The notes under the pieces: generated by a model
The model's database searches: none
Told to the model about the DNA's origin: nothing
The model's input: only the letters and a program-made list of their open reading frames with translations
Source of the DNA: an uncultured Mycoplasmatota bacterium
GTDB taxonomy: Bacteria > Bacillota_I > Bacilli_A > RF39 > UBA660
Direction: 5' to 3'
NCBI GenBank assembly: GCA_948465965.1
Contig: CAOJYR010000003.1
Coordinates: forward strand, 8,660 to 72,659
Length of the DNA: 64,000 bases
Shown: positions 59,041 through 64,000 of the stretch, one piece after another
Layout of the letters: each line of letters starts with the position of its first letter
How positions within the stretch are numbered: position 1 is the stretch's first letter
Made by a program: the position numbers and the translations under genes

Positions 59041-59643
59041 TCATATAGTTCTATAAGTATCTTGTATGTTATACTTTGATTGGTATATTTCTAATACTTT
59101 CTTTTTTGTTAACTCAGTTTTTCCTACATTAAATACTTTATTAAAAGTTTTTAAGTGCGGATCATGGCCAAATTTCTCATCTGAAATATAAAAGTTTCCT
59201 ATTTCTATACCAAAACCATCATTATACTTCTCATTAGTATATAAGTCAGTATATGTTAAGAATTTATCTCTTTCCACTAATCTATTGAAAAAAACTGGCT
59301 CTGCTGTAAATTCAGTATTAACCCCAAAATTTAATAAATTGGTTCCAAAGTAGCTTCTATTTAGTATGTTAGTTACTTGATAAACATCCCCTACAAATAT
59401 ATTGCTTAAAGGGATCATCCTATTTTCTTCTTCTTGAAACCTCTTTTTTATTTCTCTTCTTGAAGAATACCCTGTTAATTCTAACAATTTATTATAACTT
59501 ATACGTGGAGATTCTAAAATTTCAAAATCATAGTAACTTTGTCTAGTTTCTAAATCAATATATGAATGGTTTGTATTTTGATATAAAAGGCATCTTTTTA
59601 TATTTTTATAGTGATATCCAATAAAAACTTTGTTCCTATCCAT
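59041..59643 (-). CDS. Hypothetical protein (200 aa) inserted between rpsO and pnp
   Basis: ORF co-oriented with its neighbours. It starts 13 nt after the rpsO terminator and ends 23 nt before pnp. No family recognised. Confidence 0.45.
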   Translation of the reverse strand: MDRNKVFIGYHYKNIKRCLLYQNTNHSYIDLETRQSYYDFEILESPRISYNKLLELTGYSSRREIKKRFQEEENRMIPLSNIFVGDVYQVTNILNRSYFGTNLLNFGVNTEFTAEPVFFNRLVERDKFLTYTDLYTNEKYNDGFGIEIGNFYISDEKFGHDPHLKTFNKVFNVGKTELTKKKVLEIYQSKYNIQDTYRTI

Positions 59644-59656
59644 TTAAACCACCTCT

Positions 59657-59690
59657 TAAAAATAAAAATAGACACTGAAAAAGATGTGTC
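59657..59690 (-). terminator. Rho-independent terminator downstream of rpsO
   Basis: Minus strand reads TAGACACATCTTTTTCAGTGTCTA followed by TTTTTATTTTT. Confidence 0.7.
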
Positions 59691-59959
59691 TACTTTCTTA
59701 ATCCTAATTTTCGAATTACTTCACGATAACTTTGAATATCTTTTTTCTTTAAGTATTCTAACATACTTCTACGTTGTCCTACTTTCTTTAAAAGACCTCT
59801 ACGTGAATGATAATCGTGAATGTGTACTTTTAAATGTTCAGTTAAATCATTAATTTCTTTTGTAAGAATAGCGATTTGTACTTCTGCTGAACCAGTATCT
59901 TTTTCACTTTTAGCAAATTCTTTAATGATACTTGCTTTTACTTCTTTTGTTAATGCCAC
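59690..59959 (-). CDS. rpsO: 30S ribosomal protein S15, GTG start
   Basis: [14 protein letters not shown]…[23 protein letters not shown] is canonical S15. An AAAGGAAG SD lies 7 nt before an in-frame GTG (ORF track starts 18 nt upstream). Confidence 0.9.
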   Translation of the reverse strand: MALTKEVKASIIKEFAKSEKDTGSAEVQIAILTKEINDLTEHLKVHIHDYHSRRGLLKKVGQRRSMLEYLKKKDIQSYREVIRKLGLRK

Positions 59960-60246
59960 ATTAACACTTCCTTTCATTATATATTCACCAATACTAAGTA
60001 AAAAGTCGGAAATTCTTTCAACCTGGAATTGGTAAGCACATTTAATATACTAAAAATTTACGTGTTTGTAAAGTTTTTATTAAATAATTCTTAATTTTAA
60101 TCATCATTTTATCAATTTTCTTTCAAGAAATACAATTTACTAGTAATGCGTTCTAAGTTCATATATAATTATCTTTTCATTATTGATTCCCACTTCCTTA
60201 TTAAATAATGAAAACTCTACAATTGTATTCTCTAGATTGTGTTCTA

Positions 60247-60708
60247 CTATATACTTATAAATAAAATTAAAGTGTGGGATTTTTTTAGAATTTTATTATC
60301 AAATATATTTGTTTTTATATTAAAAGTTGGATTTTTTATTGCATCTCTTACAGAGTCATTAGAATTAGTTGATAAGATTGCATATATTTCATTATTACTT
60401 AAAATTTCAATTTCACCAACTAACAATTGATTTTCTGCATAATTCGCTGAACTGACATTTATTGTAAATAAATTATATTCTTGTATCTCCTGTAGCACAC
60501 CATCGTGTCTAACTTTAAGCTTAAATATGCCGCCCGGTTTGGTTTTATCTCTTATAGCATAATATTCAGCAGGATTATTTTGTATAAATTCTTTTACTTT
60601 AGTTACTTCTTTAGTCCTAAATAATTGTTCAGGAAATTTATTTAGTCCTAGTTTATTAATCTCTTCTATACTCTCTATTTTATTCTTTACTATCATATAT
60701 AACCTCAA
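60247..60708 (-). CDS. Hypothetical protein (153 aa). It occupies the position where ribF normally lies between truB and rpsO.
   Basis: ORF 3 nt downstream of the truB-fusion stop. No riboflavin kinase or FAD synthetase motifs. Confidence 0.4.
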   Translation of the reverse strand: MRLYMIVKNKIESIEEINKLGLNKFPEQLFRTKEVTKVKEFIQNNPAEYYAIRDKTKPGGIFKLKVRHDGVLQEIQEYNLFTINVSSANYAENQLLVGEIEILSNNEIYAILSTNSNDSVRDAIKNPTFNIKTNIFDNKILKKSHTLILFISI

Positions 60709-60711
60709 ATA

Positions 60712-62106
60712 TCACTTGAAATTTTTCCATGTTTTTAATATATTACCATCTACTTGATAAATTCCTAATAAGTCGTTTTGATACTTAAAAATCACTTTAT
60801 CTTCTACATTAAAAGTGTTTTCTATCCTTACTCCATTTTTTACCTTGTGGGCTAGGCCTTCATTTAATTCAACTACTGGATAATCAAGAGACTCTTCTAT
60901 ACTAAGTAGACTATAATTATTATTTTTTATATCATTAAGAGTATAAGCATCGTTCAGTGAAAACTTGCCTTGCTTTGTTCTCGTTAGTTTAGTCATAGTC
61001 GCAAATGTATTTAGACTTTCTCCTATATCATTAATTAAACTTCTTATATAACAACCTTTAGATACTGTGGATTTAAACATGAATTCGTTTCTATCTGTAC
61101 TTAGAAGTTCTATTTCTTTAATGGTTACTTCTTTTTTTGGAAGTTCTACCTTTTCACCTTTCCTTGCGTATTCATATAACTTCTTTCCATTCACTTTTAC
61201 AGCTGAATAAATTGGTACTTCTTGAAGGTAAGTTTTTTTATAACTTTTTATAATTTCTTCTATATTTAAATTATCATATACTGGTTTGTTATCTATTACT
61301 TTTCCGGTTATATCTAGTGTATCTGTTTTAATACCTAAAAGTACTCCTGCAATATACTCTTTGTATGATGCGGTTAATAGTTCTGCTATTTTAGTAGCTT
61401 CTCCTATTGTTATAACAAGCACTCCTTCTGCTAGAGGATCAAGTGTTCCTGTATGTCCCACTTTTTTTATACCAAAGATATGACTGATTTCATTTACTAC
61501 ATCGCGGGAAGTCATATTTTTCTTCTTGTTTACGACTAATACTTTACTAAATTTATTTAAATATTCTTCTAGTGTCCATCCCTCTTTTTCTATGATTTTC
61601 GCTGGTATTTCTCCTACATATCTTATATGCCATGGCTCATATGGGTAACCTGTAATTTCTTCTTTTCCTTTGGGGTATCTTAAAATAAAGCCAAATTCTG
61701 ATAAATTTTTATGAATTTCTTTAAAAATCTTATCTTCCTTGATTAAATCTTTGTTATCGATTAAAAATTCACCATTTTTCTTTATACTAATGTCAATTGC
61801 AAGCCCTGTATGATGTTCACTTATCCCAACTGGTGCCACTACTTTATCTGCATAGTTTTTGCCATATTTTATAACAAAACTATCATATATTTCTTGTTGT
61901 TCTTCTAGGGTGCGATAACTAGAGTCAATTCCAATCTCTATATTTTTTGAAATTAAGTATTTTTTTAGGTCTAAATAGGCATTATAGGTCTTCTTTTCAA
62001 TTAATACTTTCTCATCGTCAATATCTAAAGTTTCTATTAATTCTACATACTTAAAGTAATTATTTTTGATTTTATGTTCTTTATTTACTAGTGTTAAATA
62101 GTTCAT
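60712..62106 (-). CDS. truB: Fusion protein with an N-terminal M15-family VanY-like D-Ala-D-Ala carboxypeptidase domain (no signal peptide) and a C-terminal tRNA pseudouridine(55) synthase TruB
   Basis: Residues 1-185 carry M15 motifs (SEHHTGLAIDI, EPWHIRYVG). Residues about 188-464 carry TruB motifs (VLVVNKKKNMTSRDVV and the catalytic-Asp motif GHTGTLDP). The frame is continuous with no internal stop, SD or ATG at the junction. Confidence 0.7.
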   Translation of the reverse strand: MNYLTLVNKEHKIKNNYFKYVELIETLDIDDEKVLIEKKTYNAYLDLKKYLISKNIEIGIDSSYRTLEEQQEIYDSFVIKYGKNYADKVVAPVGISEHHTGLAIDISIKKNGEFLIDNKDLIKEDKIFKEIHKNLSEFGFILRYPKGKEEITGYPYEPWHIRYVGEIPAKIIEKEGWTLEEYLNKFSKVLVVNKKKNMTSRDVVNEISHIFGIKKVGHTGTLDPLAEGVLVITIGEATKIAELLTASYKEYIAGVLLGIKTDTLDITGKVIDNKPVYDNLNIEEIIKSYKKTYLQEVPIYSAVKVNGKKLYEYARKGEKVELPKKEVTIKEIELLSTDRNEFMFKSTVSKGCYIRSLINDIGESLNTFATMTKLTRTKQGKFSLNDAYTLNDIKNNNYSLLSIEESLDYPVVELNEGLAHKVKNGVRIENTFNVEDKVIFKYQNDLLGIYQVDGNILKTWKNFK

Positions 62107-62199
62107 GTTATCACCTGCTTAAATTATAACAAAAATAAAAGATAAAAACTATTCTTTATCCTTTACTTTACATCTTTCTAACTAAATCTTATTAAAATA

Positions 62200-63021
62200 T
62201 TATCTATTAGTTGCTATTATTTTTTGTGCTACCTGCTCCTTCATATAGCATTGTCCATCAAAATTTGGATGAACATCTTTAGGGGCTACAAAGTTTTTAT
62301 TTCCTATGGCCTCTACATAGTAAACATTGTCATATGTATTACAAAAGTCTCTTACTTTTTTATTCGCAATGTTATAGACCGGTGTTAGAATATCACGCAT
62401 GATTTGATTTTTAAACATTGGATACACTCCAAACATATAAATTTTGATAGTTGGGTTTAAAGAGATTAAGTAGTCTATCATATTTTTAATATCAGACATT
62501 GTCTTTTCTAAATTATCAAATGAATGAAATAGCAATTCTGGTAAGATTTGTTTTATATCTTCTGTACGCATTTTTGAATACTGATGAAAATTCATTTGGC
62601 CACAACTATATATAAATATTGGATTTTTTGCATCTACTAAGTGAGATGTTATTTTCAAGTCTGGATTTGTTGGATTATCGTAGTAATCGCTTAAAAATTT
62701 TTCGTGGAGAGGAAATGGAAAGATATTTTTCTTAGCAACTGCTTTTTTTGATTGAGCTAAATTTAAATCATAGTACTCTTTTTTTGTATAGTCTTTATCT
62801 ATAAGTTTTCTTAACTCCCATGTTTTATTAAAACCAATAGAATGCATATTCACATAATTTACATTGATATTATTTACTTTTAAGTCATCTGCTAGCATAT
62901 CAATATAACTTTTTTGGATCTTGTTATCAGGTGTATGTGGAACACCAAAACAATCTAGTGCCCCTATCATATATAACTCATTATCATAGTATTTTTTATA
63001 TAATTTATCAAAATCTTCCAC
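62200..63021 (-). CDS. Putative SGNH/GDSL-like hydrolase family protein (atypical block I)
   Basis: C-terminal DVHPNFDGQ resembles the SGNH block V DxxHP motif. The N-terminal GALDCFG occupies the GDS(L) position but lacks the Ser. Confidence 0.35.
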   Translation of the reverse strand: MEDFDKLYKKYYDNELYMIGALDCFGVPHTPDNKIQKSYIDMLADDLKVNNINVNYVNMHSIGFNKTWELRKLIDKDYTKKEYYDLNLAQSKKAVAKKNIFPFPLHEKFLSDYYDNPTNPDLKITSHLVDAKNPIFIYSCGQMNFHQYSKMRTEDIKQILPELLFHSFDNLEKTMSDIKNMIDYLISLNPTIKIYMFGVYPMFKNQIMRDILTPVYNIANKKVRDFCNTYDNVYYVEAIGNKNFVAPKDVHPNFDGQCYMKEQVAQKIIATNR

Positions 63022-63042
63022 TTGATTATCCCTACTTCTTCT

Positions 63043-63990
63043 TTATTCCTTTTGAGTTTTTAGGTCATTTTTTATTAATGTTTTATTTTTCTCAACATTA
63101 ATATTCTGATAAATGGATTTAAAATAAGATTCATAGTTGACACCCTCAAATGGATTGTAATCAGCGTCATTTGCCTCACACCATTCTTTTATGTCTTTCT
63201 CATTAGCCATTTCAACGATTTCCATATATTCATTATAAAATGAATGCACACAATCTTTAACACCAATTAAATAAGATGTTTTTTCTCTTTTCTCATTTTC
63301 AAATTCAAATGTTTCTACATAATCATATTTCTCGCTCTTTTTACCAGTTACATAATTATACAAATATGTGTCAGGTTCTCCTACTTTCCTATCTTTTCCT
63401 TCAAAATAATCTTCAATTACAACTATATTTCCAATTAATGTTTTAAAAGATCCATTAAAGCGACATAGTTCTAATCCATTTTTATCTAGCAACGATATAG
63501 TTGGACCTAGTGTTTCCCCATCCGAAGATTTTCGTAAAGTCATACCAACGAAATTATCATATTGTTTATCAGATTCAACTTTTTTCCAACTACCTAATAA
63601 TACTCCGCCTGTTGTCAAATAGCTATAATCACTTAATGCACTTATTTCATCAAAATTATCTGATAGTCTATTTCCACTTTCATCTGTCAAATACACTTTA
63701 GTATCTGTTTTTTCAAACAAAGATTTATAAAGATGAGGTTCATCTGATAATAATATTCCTCTTTTTTCATTATTAGATAATGATTCTATACTATATATTT
63801 CGGGTGATTCTCCATCCAAATAAATGGTTGTTATCTCTTCACTAGCTTCATTATTTGAATTATTATTAGACCCTGAATTTGAGCAACCACTCATTGAAAA
63901 TGTCATACTGACACCTAATGTTAATGCCAAGGCCTTTTTTCTTAATTCTTTTAATTTCTTTATATTTCTTTCTGTGTTATCTTTTTTCAT
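63043..63990 (-). CDS. Putative lipoprotein (lipobox MSGC, Ser/Asn-rich linker)
   Basis: N-terminus reads MKKDNTERNIKKLKELRKKALALTLGVSMTFSMSGCSNSGSNNNSNN. Confidence 0.6.
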   Translation of the reverse strand: MKKDNTERNIKKLKELRKKALALTLGVSMTFSMSGCSNSGSNNNSNNEASEEITTIYLDGESPEIYSIESLSNNEKRGILLSDEPHLYKSLFEKTDTKVYLTDESGNRLSDNFDEISALSDYSYLTTGGVLLGSWKKVESDKQYDNFVGMTLRKSSDGETLGPTISLLDKNGLELCRFNGSFKTLIGNIVVIEDYFEGKDRKVGEPDTYLYNYVTGKKSEKYDYVETFEFENEKREKTSYLIGVKDCVHSFYNEYMEIVEMANEKDIKEWCEANDADYNPFEGVNYESYFKSIYQNINVEKNKTLIKNDLKTQKE

Positions 63991-64000
63991 AACGATCCCC

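Overview
This is an AT-rich (roughly 28-30% GC) chromosomal segment from a spore-forming Firmicute, probably Clostridia-like, read with the standard genetic code. The call of a spore former rests on three features: a YjcZ-family small spore protein gene, a SpoVD-like penicillin-binding protein (PBP), and a YlxY-like deacetylase gene next to pnp. Nearly all genes lie on the minus strand.

Recognisable core genes:
- A fragmented division and cell-wall (dcw) cluster: mraZ-rsmH-ftsL-ftsI(PBP2B), then about 21 kb of other genes including a second SpoVD-like PBP, then mraY running off the window start.
- mnmA, a P-type Ca2+ ATPase, a MYG1-family gene, an Rpn-family nuclease, and thrS behind a T-box leader.
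- dnaI, comEA-comEC, a DHH phosphoesterase, two flavoproteins, an FtsW/RodA-type shape/elongation/division/sporulation (SEDS) family protein, and def.
- smc, ylxY-pnp-(inserted ORF)-rpsO, and a truB fused to an M15 VanY-like peptidase domain.

Two accessory loci stand out.
- At 35.0-40.2 kb, three paralogous secreted proteins carry TasA/camelysin-style SipW-cognate signal peptides (G-Y-A|A/Y-L-S). They sit next to an archaeal-type signal peptidase I (SipW-like) that is fused to an 8-TM N-terminal domain of about 290 aa. This looks like a TasA-like fibre or biofilm locus with an unusual processing enzyme.
- At 45.4-52.8 kb, a two-gene module is duplicated in tandem: a class B sortase substrate with PQQ-like beta-propeller repeats ending in NPETN/NPETD sorting signals, and a divergent GT-C (PMT/ArnT-like) membrane glycosyltransferase. 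The class B sortase gene lies between the two copies.
  - Copy 1 is flanked by a ~50-bp duplicated fragment of the def 3' end and terminator.
  - Copy 1's surface-protein gene has a consensus sigma-A promoter (TTGACA-18-TATAAT) whose spacer contains an 11-nt G/C homopolymer. That looks like a slipped-strand phase-variation switch.

No rRNA, tRNA or CRISPR array was seen.
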